A program made the position numbers and the translations under genes. Below the pieces are notes generated by a model. That model did not search any database and was not told the DNA's origin. It saw only the letters and a list, made by a program, of their open reading frames with translations. Positions 1-10,779 of a stretch of 64,000 nt of DNA are shown in pieces; position 1 is the stretch's first letter, and every line of letters begins with the position of its first letter. Location of the stretch: contig BAAIJX010000005.1 in the NCBI GenBank assembly GCA_054600435.1, positions 744,001 to 808,000 on the forward strand, read 5' to 3'. The stretch comes from Neophaeotheca triangularis (Eukaryota).

Positions 1-1
1 A

Positions 2-1150
2 TATATCGCCGTCGAGCTATGTCAGGCTTCGCTCTACGAAGTTTGGGAAGCTGAAAAGGCAAGAACGGACGAGCGCCAACAGCAGCTGCGCCTGCTGAAG
101 TTCACCATCCAACAAGACATTCCCAGAACACTGCAACAGCTTGCGGCCGGGCTGCATCACCTGCACAATCTGCGCATCATTCACCGAGACATAAAGCCCC
201 AAAACATTCTCGTCGCTTACCCCAAGAAACACCAAGCTACCGGACCACGACTTGTCATTTCAGACTTCGGCTTGGGTAAGAACTTACCGGAGAACGTGAG
301 CACGCTCATCGATCCCACGGGGAATGCAGGCACGTCCGGCTGGAAAGCACCCGAGCTCATCTCTCAACCCAGAGAGTCGGAAAGCAGACACAGCCAGTCC
401 GTCAACGGCTCCCACACGGGTGGCAGCGAACCCGGCGGTCCTTCAGGTGTCAAACGAGCCGCCGACATCTTTAGTCTGGGCTGCCTCTTCTTCTGGGTCC
501 TAACCGACGGCATCCACCCCTTTGAAGATGACAATGGCTGGACACAACTCCGCGAACTCAATATCAAACGTGACAACAAGAAAATGGGCGTTCTCGAGCG
601 CTGGTCCGACGCCTACGAGCCCATGTCCCTTATTACCAGCATGCTCGAACACCAGCCAGAGAACCGACCCACGGCACTCCAAGTCCTCAACCACCCCTTT
701 TTCTGGACACCGGAGAAGCGGCTCTCCTTCCTCTGCGACGTGAGCGACCATTTCGAACGCGAGCCCCGCAGCTTAGACGGCCACTACCCACACCCGTCGG
801 CCCAGCTCAACGCGCTCGAAGACCGCGCTTACGAGGTCATCGGCATCGAGGACGCGAGTAGGGACGGCGGCTTCTTGGACAAGCTCGACAGACACTTCGT
901 CGAGACGCTAGGCAAGCAGCGCAAGTACACGGGCGACCGATTGTTGGACTTGCTCCGCGCACTGCGGAACAAGAAGAATCATTACGAAGATATGCCTGAA
1001 GGGGTCAAGAAGATTGTCGGCCCCTTGGCGGGCGGGTATTTGATGTTTTGGACCAGTCGTTTTCCGAGGTTGTTGATGGCTTGTTACGAGGTGGTGCACG
1101 AGTGTGAGGTGCAGGGTAATGATCGATTCAGGGGGTATTTTGCTACTTGA
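2..1150 (+). CDS. IRE1: IRE1 kinase/endoribonuclease, 3' portion (5' end outside window)
   Basis: Frame open from nt 2: YIAVELCQASL, HRDIKPQNIL, ISDFGL, GTSGWKAPE, DIFSLGC, then KEN RNase domain (LCDVSDHFERE, DLLRALRNKKNHY). Confidence 0.97.
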   Translation, partial: YIAVELCQASLYEVWEAEKARTDERQQQLRLLKFTIQQDIPRTLQQLAAGLHHLHNLRIIHRDIKPQNILVAYPKKHQATGPRLVISDFGLGKNLPENVSTLIDPTGNAGTSGWKAPELISQPRESESRHSQSVNGSHTGGSEPGGPSGVKRAADIFSLGCLFFWVLTDGIHPFEDDNGWTQLRELNIKRDNKKMGVLERWSDAYEPMSLITSMLEHQPENRPTALQVLNHPFFWTPEKRLSFLCDVSDHFEREPRSLDGHYPHPSAQLNALEDRAYEVIGIEDASRDGGFLDKLDRHFVETLGKQRKYTGDRLLDLLRALRNKKNHYEDMPEGVKKIVGPLAGGYLMFWTSRFPRLLMACYEVVHECEVQGNDRFRGYFAT

Positions 1151-2282
1151 GAACGGGTCGTGCCGGCATGGTATATGAGGTGTTTGTTTTGGTAGGGTAC
1201 TATTCATTCATAGCGACTGGAAGCGTGCGGCATTGCGAAATTGCATGATTTAGATACGACCATGATCCATCATCCATGCTCGTGATAACCCAGGAGACCC
1301 AGGTAGCGAGATGGCTCTCGGCGAATTAAATCAAGACACACCACTGATGCCACTCATCCCGTTGACGATTCCCAAAAAAGGGTTTCAACGAGCGGCAGAC
1401 TCATCAACCACCAGCTGCGCAAGTCGTCGCTCATGGCCATTTTTGTCACCGGGAAACATGGACTGCCATGGTTGCAAAAGGGTTTTAAGGTAGAGCAAGC
1501 GGGCTGCCGGCGACTTGCAAGATTGAAGGCTGCAAGTTTTCTTGCTAAGGTATATGTATACATGGCCGTGACTGCGTGGGTACTACTGGGTAAGTAAGGT
1601 ACAGTACTACTCTGGCTGCTTTGTGTTCGCCGCGTGGCTGCATACGTTGCCTCCCGTTGTCTTCGTCGTGGAGGTTGTGGAGGACGGGGTTTTTGACTTG
1701 GAAGAATGTCTCGTGAGGAGAGATAGCCCTAAAGGCCCGGCTCCGGAGACGACGACGGGAGATGAGAGGTGAAGTAAGGTTGACCAGGTATAACATGGAG
1801 ACAGCGCGGGGGTTGGGCACAGCTTCGATCCACCTCTTACCTCTTACCTATCTTAACTTCTTCATACATTCAATCCCTTCAGGTACCTTCAACAATATCT
1901 AGATTTTGCCTTGTAAACGCGCAGGGCATGTATTCTGGATGACCTTTAGCGAAATGTCGTACCTAATTCGTTCCGGAAGAAGGGAGACAGTGCCTAACCT
2001 CAGGCCAACTTACGAAGATGCGTGACGCCAGCAGGGCTCGGCGTGCCTAGAAATAGACGAAGGCGATGACGCCTCGCTCAAGAGGTAAAGTAGATGCCTG
2101 CGTTCATTCGCCAATAGACATAACATTCTTCTATCAAACCAATACCTCATCCATCTCGAATCCCCTGATCAACAAAACCGTCCCAACACCAGCGCAACTC
2201 CAAGCAAATCTCAAACACCCCCCACCACCAAAACAGCGCCCCCAGACAGACCAGACTACTCGGCAAACAAATCCGAACAACA

Positions 2283-2927
2283 ATGCTCTCCCCAACGACG
2301 CCCGCCCTCCTTCTCGCCCTCTCCACCCTCTTCCCCCTCCTAAACGCCCAATTCGACTTCCTTCTCCCCGACATCCCCTCCTGCGCCACAAACTGCGGGA
2401 CCAGCCTCGGCGGCTGCAGCGCCCTCGACACCGAATGCCTATGCACCAACACGGCGCTAATCGACACCGTCGCCGAGTGCGTGTGCTCATCGTGCGATCA
2501 AGATGACCAGGAGGGTAAGTAAGATGACTTCACTACGAAGCATTAAAAGACCCGCTCCCAGTGGTGGGTGGTCTGGCATCGCTAACGTGGCATCGGGACA
2601 GAAATCATCGACCTAGCAAACTCGATTTGCGGCTCCTACTCCAACGCCGACGTTCCCACGACAGCTACTTGCGCGGGCTCGGGGGCTTCTTCCGCCGCCG
2701 CTGCGACTTCTTCCGCTGCCGCTGGGAGCTCCGGGGTGGTCTCGAGCGCGGTTCCCACCACTACGGCTGCGGGCGCTGGAAGTGGAAGTGCGGATGACGG
2801 GGCTGAGGTGACGAGTACCGCTGCTGCGGATGCGGAAGAGCAGACGGACAATGCCGCCGTTGGAGGGAGGGGGGAGAAGGAGTTGGGGTTGGGGATTGCT
2901 TTGGCTGGGCTTTTGGCTTTGTTGTGA
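2283..2927 (+). CDS. CFEM-domain GPI-anchored cell-surface protein (2 exons, intron 2515-2601)
   Basis: Signal peptide; CFEM cysteine pattern IPSCATNC..GCSALDTECLC..ECVCSSC..ICG across a GTAAGT/GCTAAC/CAG intron; Ser/Thr/Ala-rich stalk; hydrophobic C-terminus. Confidence 0.88.
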
Positions 2928-3083
2928 GGAAGGGCTTGTGAGTTTGGGGCGGGACGTTTGGCGTTCGGGGCTACACGGGTTGCAACTGGGACAATTGGGC
3001 ACTGGGGATCGGATAGAAGTTTCTGCGCTGGCTTTGCGATGGGTCATGCGGTTTCATATCACCGTTTGATGGTTGATGGACAA

Positions 3084-4144
3084 GACTCCCCAGCTTGAGG
3101 CGGGAGTTCAGGTCATGGCGAGGTGACGTTTGAGATAATAGAGGCGTCGTGCATTCTAGGCACACTTTCGCAGGCGTTTTTCGCAGACCCGGCGGCTTCG
3201 GATTGGGAACAGACAGAATACGTTCTGATATGTGGAACTCGATGTGGCAGGGAATTTAGACATGAAGGGTACTATGATGCGCTGTCAACGCTAAAAACTG
3301 CTGATGGAGCCCGTCCATGCTCCATGCAGCACCCTTCGGCATGACAGCAAAACGCGGCACAGTGCGAAGCATACAGTACTGTGATTTCGTGGACGCTGCT
3401 TCTCTTCGCAGCGTCTACGAAGCGGTCAAAAAAGAGACCTAATTGCTCTCCTACCGTATAGCCAAAATATTAAACGCACGTTGAACAGCCACCGCCGGGA
3501 GAACGAAGTCCTCTGAGTACTTAGGTCAAGTGTACGCGCCTCCGGCAAAGTCCGATCCTCTTCGCGGCTTTCTTATAGCCGTAGAGGAGTCCTTGGACTT
3601 GCTGTAGGTGCTCGTGATAGTTGCCAAGGAATGAGAAAGCATAAGTGTGGCCGAGAGGCTGAAACAGCATTGGGTGAATCAGTGGAATGTCCAATATTCG
3701 TCACCTTCCGCGTTCTGCTGTCACTATCTTGGCACCTTTATAGAAGCATCGGAGGGCGACCCATTAGGGGCCGTTTTCATCGCGTGCCAATACGCAGCCA
3801 GAAGACGCTGATTTCCTCGAGTGGCTAAGGTTGCTACTTATGGCGATGTGAACTTAGCACAGTTCAGTTTCGACTTGCGCCTGGAGTTTGCGGTGAGACT
3901 CCAGAGCGTTCCGAAAAGATGTTTGAGAAAGGGCGCAGGAGCGCGACTGCTTGCGCCCACTTCGGCGGTCTGTCGCAAGAATGGTAAGGAGCCTGGAAAG
4001 TTTTATCCCCTGTTGCTCTGATCCGGCAGTTCGACATGATCAAGCATCCTCCCGTTCAGTGCGCGACCGTCCTGGCCCTGGAGGGAAATTGGCGCGGATG
4101 AGCACAAGCGTAGCAAACTGTAGTCAGCGTCGTCCCGTGGCCGT
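3084..4144 (+). ncRNA. Candidate large structured non-coding RNA or structured 3' extension of the CFEM transcript; boundaries approximate
   Basis: No long ORF. Many helices by eye: 14 bp 3386-3421; ~20 bp bulged hairpin 3548-3600; 3881-3904; 3931-3958; long-range 3804-3813/4122-4131 and 3831-3837/4110-4116. Non-Watson-Crick positions read as G-U on the plus strand. Confidence 0.55.
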
Positions 4145-4287
4145 GTAAGTACCATAATGTTTCGACAGCGCCATAATGCCGATACACAGCGCCCTCTGGG
4201 GATAGGCGGTCGACCCCACCGCCATCTTTACGAAGACGAAGCTGACTACGAGGCGGTTGAACACCCAAGTGGCGACCCTCGCCATAC

Positions 4288-4971
4288 TCACTCCCCCTTC
4301 CCATCCCCGGATCTCAAACTCTCAGCAACCTTCCTAGTCCCCTCAACAATAAGCCCATGCTCAGCCCGATGCATCCTCTCCTCCAACTCCCCCAGACTCT
4401 TACATCCCTCAATCCCCACCTCAGCCTCGCAAATTGCATCCCCCATATCCACCTCGGTAATAACATAATGCACCATGACCCCGGTCATCTTCCTCTCCCC
4501 CGCCTCAAACTCCCCCCAAGCCTTCTCAATACAATTCGCCCCAACCAGATCCCCGTGCAAACTCGGGTGCAAATTGATTATCGGCACTTTGCGCTCCTGC
4601 AACGGCAACAGGAACGCGGGCGTCACTATGCGCATGAAGCCCGCGCACACCACCATATCGGGGCCATCGGCGAGGACGAGTTTCGCGAGGTCGGCGTCGT
4701 AGGCTGCGCGCGAGGGACTCTGCTGGGGGTCGCTGCCGTCGGCGGGGTCGGGGTGGGATTTTTTGTAGGGCAGGATGCCGTGGGTGGTTGTGGGTATGTT
4801 TGCTGAGGCGGCGCGGGTCAGGCCATAGGCGTTTTTCCTGTCGGAGATGACGCGGATGAAGGTGGTGTTGGGGAGTTGGGCCGGGGTTTGGGAGGCGTCG
4901 ATGAGGGCCTGGAGGTTGGTGCCGCCGCCGGAGATGAGGACTGTGATGCGTGTTGGGTTTGGAGAGGTCAT
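4288..4971 (-). CDS. ADE8: Phosphoribosylglycinamide formyltransferase
   Basis: VLISGGGTNLQALID, VVCAGFMRI, INLHPSL, TGVMVHYVITEVDMG motifs. Confidence 0.96.
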   Translation of the reverse strand: MTSPNPTRITVLISGGGTNLQALIDASQTPAQLPNTTFIRVISDRKNAYGLTRAASANIPTTTHGILPYKKSHPDPADGSDPQQSPSRAAYDADLAKLVLADGPDMVVCAGFMRIVTPAFLLPLQERKVPIINLHPSLHGDLVGANCIEKAWGEFEAGERKMTGVMVHYVITEVDMGDAICEAEVGIEGCKSLGELEERMHRAEHGLIVEGTRKVAESLRSGDGKGE

Positions 4972-5508
4972 GTTGGCGGCGTGAGGGATGTAGAGTTGTT
5001 TACTTGGTGATAATGAGGGAGATTATTGTCGCCTGCAGTATTCGAGTTGAGAAACATGTGACTGACGCATATGGTAGCACCATTCGGGGATTTTGATTCC
5101 ATTATTATGATTTTCTGACAGGCTGCAGGCTAAAATAAGTTACAGCCCCTCCACCAATGGCCGAGCTGCCCTCCGCAGATCTAATCGAGACCCCTGTACC
5201 TGGCTAATGCGATCGCGGGCAGGAGCGAATGACGATATCTGCGTCAATGCGTCTAGACCTAAGGTTAAGATAGGTAGGGTAGGTGCTGATGAGACTGCCA
5301 TTCCATTTCTTTCAAGGGCCCGTCTGTTGTTTAGGGATCAATTCGTCGGCTTGCTTTCTTCCGTCTCATACCGAAGCTTCTCTATCTTCTCCCGTCTTTC
5401 TCTACTCCTCCAGTTGACCCTTGATATTTTGCACCTCATCCTTTGTGCTCTACATTCCAACCCAAACACCTCTCAATCGTAAAACAACCCCAACCAATAC
5501 CAAAAGCA

Positions 5509-6016
5509 ATGTCCTGGTTCACTCCCCGCAATATCGCCATAGGCGGCGGCGTCCTAGGCGCCGTCTTCCTCATCCCCAAGACCCGTGCAGGCCAGCAAGT
5601 AGTCCCGTAAGCGCGACCAAGAAAACCGCGACGCAGTAGACTCGCGACGCGGCGAAATCGCAGAACATAGCCTGAGGAGCTCACAGAACCGGCAGTGACA
5701 ATTTCGAGACCCCTGGCGTCAAGAACATAGGCAACCGGTATTCGGCCGGCGGAGGGAGCAACACGCACATGAGCGGCGTCGCTACGCCGAGAGGTGGGTT
5801 TTTGCCCTTGCTCCATCGTTTCTCAGGAGAGGGTGGTTGGAGCTGATGTGTGGTTTGCCAGGCGACGCCGAGAAGACGGTCTCACCCCAGCAAAAGTCGA
5901 GCGGACCGACGAGCGCGAACTTCAACGACAGGCAGGCGGATCAAAAGGTCGGCGAGCCCGGTGCGCTGGAGGAGGCGTGGAACAAGACGCACTATGGCAA
6001 CTCCAAGGGGAAGTAA
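5509..6016 (+). CDS. Small ~116-aa protein with N-terminal hydrophobic anchor, 3 exons (5509-5606, 5696-5793, 5862-6016); absent from ORF track
   Basis: Spliced frame MSWFTPRNIAIGGGVLGAVFLIPK..P|DNFETPGVKNIGNRYSAGGGSNTH..TPR|GDAEK..EEAWNKTHYGNSKGK*; GTAAGC..CAG and GTGGGT..GCTGAT..CAG introns keep phase. Confidence 0.75.
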
Positions 6017-6548
6017 AGAGGGTGTTGCGGTTTGGAGTGATGCGTGTTCGATGTCGCCTTCGGCCTTGGGATTGTAGCGTGGCTGTTCAAGGAGTTCAGA
6101 GAGTAGCGAAAGGGGGATAAAGAACTGAGTTGATCGCTCAGTGGTGGATATTTTGTATAACACTACAGCTTCCAGAGCTTTTTGGAAAACCAACACTAAG
6201 TGTGCAGGTCGGCTTAAGGCGCTAATCTTACACTGGTTCACGCCTGATAGGCGATGGCTCGACGGTGCCAAATATTACTTCGACTTGGTCTCCTGGCCCC
6301 TTCGTGCTTGCGTGTTTCGCAAGCTGGACACCATTCTGAACGCACATGCCCTTGATTATCGACTCCACCAACACTCGATGCATCTGATCCAGTCACTGAG
6401 CGGGGCCCGGTTCCTGACGTAGCAGTGACTTCCACGCCTCACGAGGCTGACATTCCGTTCGTGGGTCGCGGGTCGCGTTCTGCCTCAGGATGCTCTAGCT
6501 GGCGATTCGGGCGCTGTTCGAACTAGGTCCCGATGGTATCGTACAATC

Positions 6549-7696
6549 TCAATGCACCTCCTGCAGAGGAATTTCCCGATAAACGCTGTTATTCTCGTTC
6601 CGCACCCACTCGGTCTCAATGCGCAAGAAAGCCCACATCCATCTCCTCAAAATCTCCAACAACTCAATCACGAAGAGGTTAGTCTCGGAGTCATACACCA
6701 GTTGATAACCCCAAGTAAATCTCAACACAGCATCGACCAGTATAGCAAGATAATAGCTCGAAGGCGCAAAAAACAGCCTAGACCGCAAAGACTTCGGCTG
6801 CAGATCCCAGTCCTTGTAAATGTCCCAGTAGAGCGAGTAGGAGGAGTTCAGCAGCGTGAAGAACAGCCAAATGGTGTGCACGCCCGCCTCGGTCAGCCCA
6901 ACGGCTCCAGGATTGTACCAGCTGCTATGCTGTAACACGCCTAGCACTATCGGCGGGAAAGCGCTCGCGTATTTGAGAGCGTTGGCCAAGTGGTTTCCTC
7001 CACTTTCTCCCGCCTTTTGCGCTCTCTGATACTCGATCAGACATTGCCGCAACCGTATCGCGAACGGCAAAGCCAATACAAGTATTGCAAAGACGGTCCG
7101 CTGGGGTTTCCCCGTAGAGTGGTGGCCAGGCACCAGAGCGGCATAGACGGCTATCGAGAGGTCTGAGATCGGTTTCGCGTAGCTCGTCAACACATCTGCC
7201 ATCAAGATGTCCCCGAACTTGCCATTCTCGGTCGTTGCGATGCCGCCTATGCTCACGCGCTTGAGAATGGAGAGGGTTCGTCGCCGCCCGGCACGCGGGA
7301 GGAAGTGGAGTGGCAGGACGAAGGCTAAGATGAGGAGGATGAGATAGGCGTTTGGCAGAATCTCCCAGGACTGCACTGAGGGTATGTCGCCTTGAGTTAG
7401 TGCCCAGAAGATCAGGAGCGAGAGGGTCAGGGGGACTGTGAGGACGGTTGCGAAGCGGTAGGTTGAGAGCGCGTGGCTGGGCTCAGTGGCTGTCTTTCGA
7501 GACGGATATTGAACTAGGGCTATGACGGGGACTTGATGGCGTGGCAGGATTTGGAGGGTGAGGCCCCAGAGCCATATTCCTGGTTGAAGGGGTGAGCTTG
7601 GGAAGAGCGTTGGTCGGGTTGGGGGTGGAGGGCCATACCGAGGACCCAGAGTACAGAGACTCGGTATGGAAGAGGAAGGAGGAGGTTAAAATCCAT
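6549..7696 (-). CDS. ERD1: EXS-family membrane protein, Erd1-like (intron 7638-7580)
   Basis: FGDILMADVLTSYAK, LRQCLIEY, HLANALKY, YWDIYKDWDL, LEILRRWMWAFLRIETEW; upstream exon MDFNLLLPLPYRV; no SPX domain. Confidence 0.9.
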
Positions 7697-8395
7697 GCCT
7701 GAGTGCGATGTTCAGGTCATGGATGGCATGCCGTCAATACATGTACACTGGGTGCAGGTGGATGTTAGGATCGCGTGTCTGAACGCGTACCCGGAAGCTC
7801 AAGAGTCAAGATACCTGTACCTTATCTACATAGGTACATAGACAAGCTTGATAGCCGAGCCGAACTCGGAAACGCCATTTAGGTACAAGCGCCGGAAGGC
7901 ACTTCTGATTATCAGATCCGAGTTCTCGGCCGTTCACATTGCTGCTTCTTTTAACCTCACCCCCCGTTTACGACCTTTACCTCTACTCGTGCGAGAGTAA
8001 TCGCTAGGAAGTAAGAGGCCCTCATTGCGACCGAAAGGCTGAAGCGGAATAACAGCACAGCTCGGTGGGATAAAGAAAAGCCATACCCCTCAAAATCATT
8101 TAGCTAGGGAGGATACGCCTGGCCGATTGGCGATTGGTAGTGATTGGAAAGTGCACTTCAACACGCCAGGTACGCTGCATGTCAAGGTTCAACTGGATAT
8201 ACCTAGGAGAGACAGAATAGAGACAGTTCCCTATAGATCCTTATCAGAGATGCATTTGCCACCTTGGAAGCACCTGGGAATTCTCCGTCGTATCCCACCC
8301 TAAACTCCTGTTTCCGGTCCGTCATGGGTCGGTCATATCCTACATAAACTCCCAAACTCCCGCACTTGTGCATCGCTTCTGCCAGAACCTTCCAA

Positions 8396-9762
8396 TCAGT
8401 CGTCGTCATCACTACCCGAAAGACCTTCGCTCTCAGACCCCGACCCCACTCCCGCAGAAGCACCCGCCTCAGCATCGGTATTTGCGGCCGACCAATCTGG
8501 TGAATTACCAGCAGGCGAAGACCCCGAGCCCCCTTCGGAATCGCTGTCGGGATCCTCATGCTGAGACAGCTCGAAGATCAATGTAGGCCGGCTGGTTTCT
8601 CGGTCGAAACGGTTAACGGGAGGGGCTTCATGGTGGAAGACGGTAATGGATTTAAGCCGTGTAGTCGAGAATGTCTCCTTGCGCTCGAGAATCAAGCGGG
8701 CGACACCCTCGCCGTGAGGAGTCCCTAGGAGAGCGTAGAAGGCCTCGCGCTTGAGGTTGATGTTCTCAAAGTCTGCAGCGCCCACTTCCATGCGGAAATC
8801 GCAGCGGAAATTCCATTCTGGCGGGCCTGGGTTGCCAAAAGGGGGGCGCCCTATGGCTTGGAAGATGATGTCTTTGGTCTCGGGCGTGGCGATCGATTCT
8901 CGGATAATCATGTTGAGTTCAGCCCTGGCTTCAGGGTCCTGCGCGATTCTCTGCTGCATGCCCTCTAGGAGTGTGAGGAAGATTACGTCCGACCAGTGGT
9001 GGAGGGGGACCAGAGGTTCGTTCTCATTGTTGCCGACCCTAGTGTTGAAAGGACTGATGGCGTCGAAGCTGCTGACTATGCCGCGATCGAAGGCGTACGC
9101 AGCGCGATACCTTGCACCGGTGGCCTTTGGCCTTGTCAGCTATTTCTTTTCATCTGTTACATCTAACGCGCAAGCCTAACCTTGTACGTCACTGCGGGTT
9201 GCCCGTTTTGAGCTGGGATCGTCGTGTCACGATCGTGCTTCCAACTCTTGACAACCACGTTATCGACTTCTTGCCGGCTGCCCATTTGAATGCCTGTTCC
9301 GAGGCGTGGGTTACGATTCCACGTCCCAGCCAAGGCCTCATCTGGGAATCTGAATGGCCTCCGGGAGTGACGTGCAAGCGCTCCAACCGAAGTCTCAGTC
9401 CCGGTCCAGCCGTAGCTCCTCAAGTGTTGGGGACTCCAAGGCGCCTGCTCCACGTAGTTGTATGGGTCTTGAGGATCAATGACTTGTTGAGTTGCCGCAT
9501 TAAGAAGGAGATAGAAATTTCGTCCCCGGTTAACAGCGTCCTCCCATGTGAGTGTACGCTTTTGGATGAGGTGGTCATGGTCGGAGGAGCTACTGTCGAT
9601 GCTAGGGCCCCGGCGGGCGCTGAGGGAATGATGAGAGGCTGCATTGTGCTCGGCGTGCGTGCCAGCTACGAGGCTGAGAACCAGGGTTAGCATGAGGAGT
9701 AGAGCGTACGCTAGCCGGGTGCTGGGAGAACGATGCCTTGAGGCATCAGGATGGTTCGGCAT
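8396..9762 (-). CDS. Secreted hypothetical protein (intron 9180-9125)
   Basis: Hydrophobic signal-like segment and dibasic sites; spliced frame ..YK|ATGARY..LHHWSDVIFL..ALLGTPHGEGVARLILERK..LIFEL joins ORFs 9163-9762 and 8396-8959 in phase. Confidence 0.75.
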
Positions 9763-9787
9763 GGCTGTTCCAGTTGTTCCGGCCGAT

Positions 9788-9871
9788 GTGAATAGCTTGA
9801 CTGTTGGTGTGTACAGTGAGGCTAGATCGGTGGATAGCTTGACTGTTGATGTGTCCAGTAAGGCTAGATCG
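9788..9871. repeat. Tandem direct repeat, 2 x 42 bp
   Basis: GTGAATAGCTTGACTGTTGGTGTGTACAGTGAGGCTAGATCG followed by a copy with 4 substitutions; just upstream of the minus-strand secreted gene. Confidence 0.9.
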
Positions 9872-10454
9872 TATCACGGTGGTGGTGGTACTGTGTTCGT
9901 TGGGTGCCAGGAAGAAGAGGTGTGTAGCTTAATAAGTCGGAGCCGCAAGGACATGTGTATGTGACAGCGTTTTGCTGGCGTGGCGGTTGTGAAGAGGTGT
10001 TATGTGGAAGCCAGGTTGTGACACCACTTGTGCTTGTGGAAGAGACCCATGTGTTCAAGCTTCGAAACATGTGCTATGTGGAGCTTGGTGCCACTTCTCT
10101 TTGACGACAAATTGCGCTCGATATACCTCTCGACTCTGGATTATAGTGAGACGTGATCGCATTTTAGGCTTAAAGCTAGAAATCAGAGTTACAAAGGCTG
10201 TACCAGACCCAGCAGGCCATAGAAAAGAATGAAGGCGATTCCCGAGGTCGCTGTACTACAAGGTGCGACAGGTTGTGAAGTAGCTCAGGATGGGATTCAG
10301 ACATGAATGAAGCGATATTATATCCAAAAGTGCAAATAAAGACACCGGCGCTGTCATTATGCGTGTTGCTTCCTATACGTCCACATATCAGTTTGCGTAA
10401 TGAAAGGAAAAAGACATGATCAAAGTGGCAAAAAGAAAGACGAGAGCTCACTGC

Positions 10455-10464
10455 GATTCGAACC
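10455..10464 (-). promoter_or_regulatory. Pol III B box (TFIIIC site) downstream of the ncRNA terminator
   Basis: Minus strand GGTTCGAATC matches GGTTCGANTC(C); not part of an intact tRNA; ~65 nt past the T6 run. Confidence 0.65.
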
Positions 10465-10527
10465 TGCGCACTTGAAAGAGCCAAAGAGAGTAGGAAAGTG
10501 AAGGAATTCTCCACCCCTGAGCGCAGC

Positions 10528-10533
10528 AAAAAA
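10528..10533 (-). terminator. Pol III oligo(T) terminator
   Basis: T6 on the minus strand immediately after the 3' stem-loop. Confidence 0.7.
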
Positions 10534-10768
10534 GTTCGGGTGTCTACGAGTGTGTTCAGGTATACTCGGACTTCCCTACGTCTTTATGGGTCGGCTACGC
10601 CTGGTGTATGCGGAAGCTGATGGGCGTTGATACCACTCATTTTGCGGGAAACCACGCAGGTAGAGGGATCGACTCGGGTTGCGGGATACCACGCAGATCG
10701 AGCTTTTGCCAACGTTCTTTCGAAGTCGTCAAGTTGCGGGAAAGCACACAAAGACTTGACGCGACGGA

Positions 10769-10779
10769 CCGGTACACCA
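10769..10779 (-). promoter_or_regulatory. Internal Pol III A box (+14 to +24)
   Basis: TGGTGTACCGG matches TRGYNNANNNG. Confidence 0.55.

Noticed and set aside
3643..3660. tRNA D-arm-like GTGGCCGAGAGG (and CGAGTGGCTAAGG near 3818)
   Set aside because: No T arm or acceptor stem at tRNA spacing.
2930..4288. Firm call of telomerase RNA
   Set aside because: No (C)UAACCCUAA-type template on either strand, no Sm site and no recognisable P6.1. Left as an unassigned structured region.
10436..10527. tRNA gene around GCGCAGGTTCGAATC (minus strand)
   Set aside because: The T stem cannot close (GCAGG without CCTGC) and there is no convincing D arm or anticodon arm. Kept only as an isolated B box.
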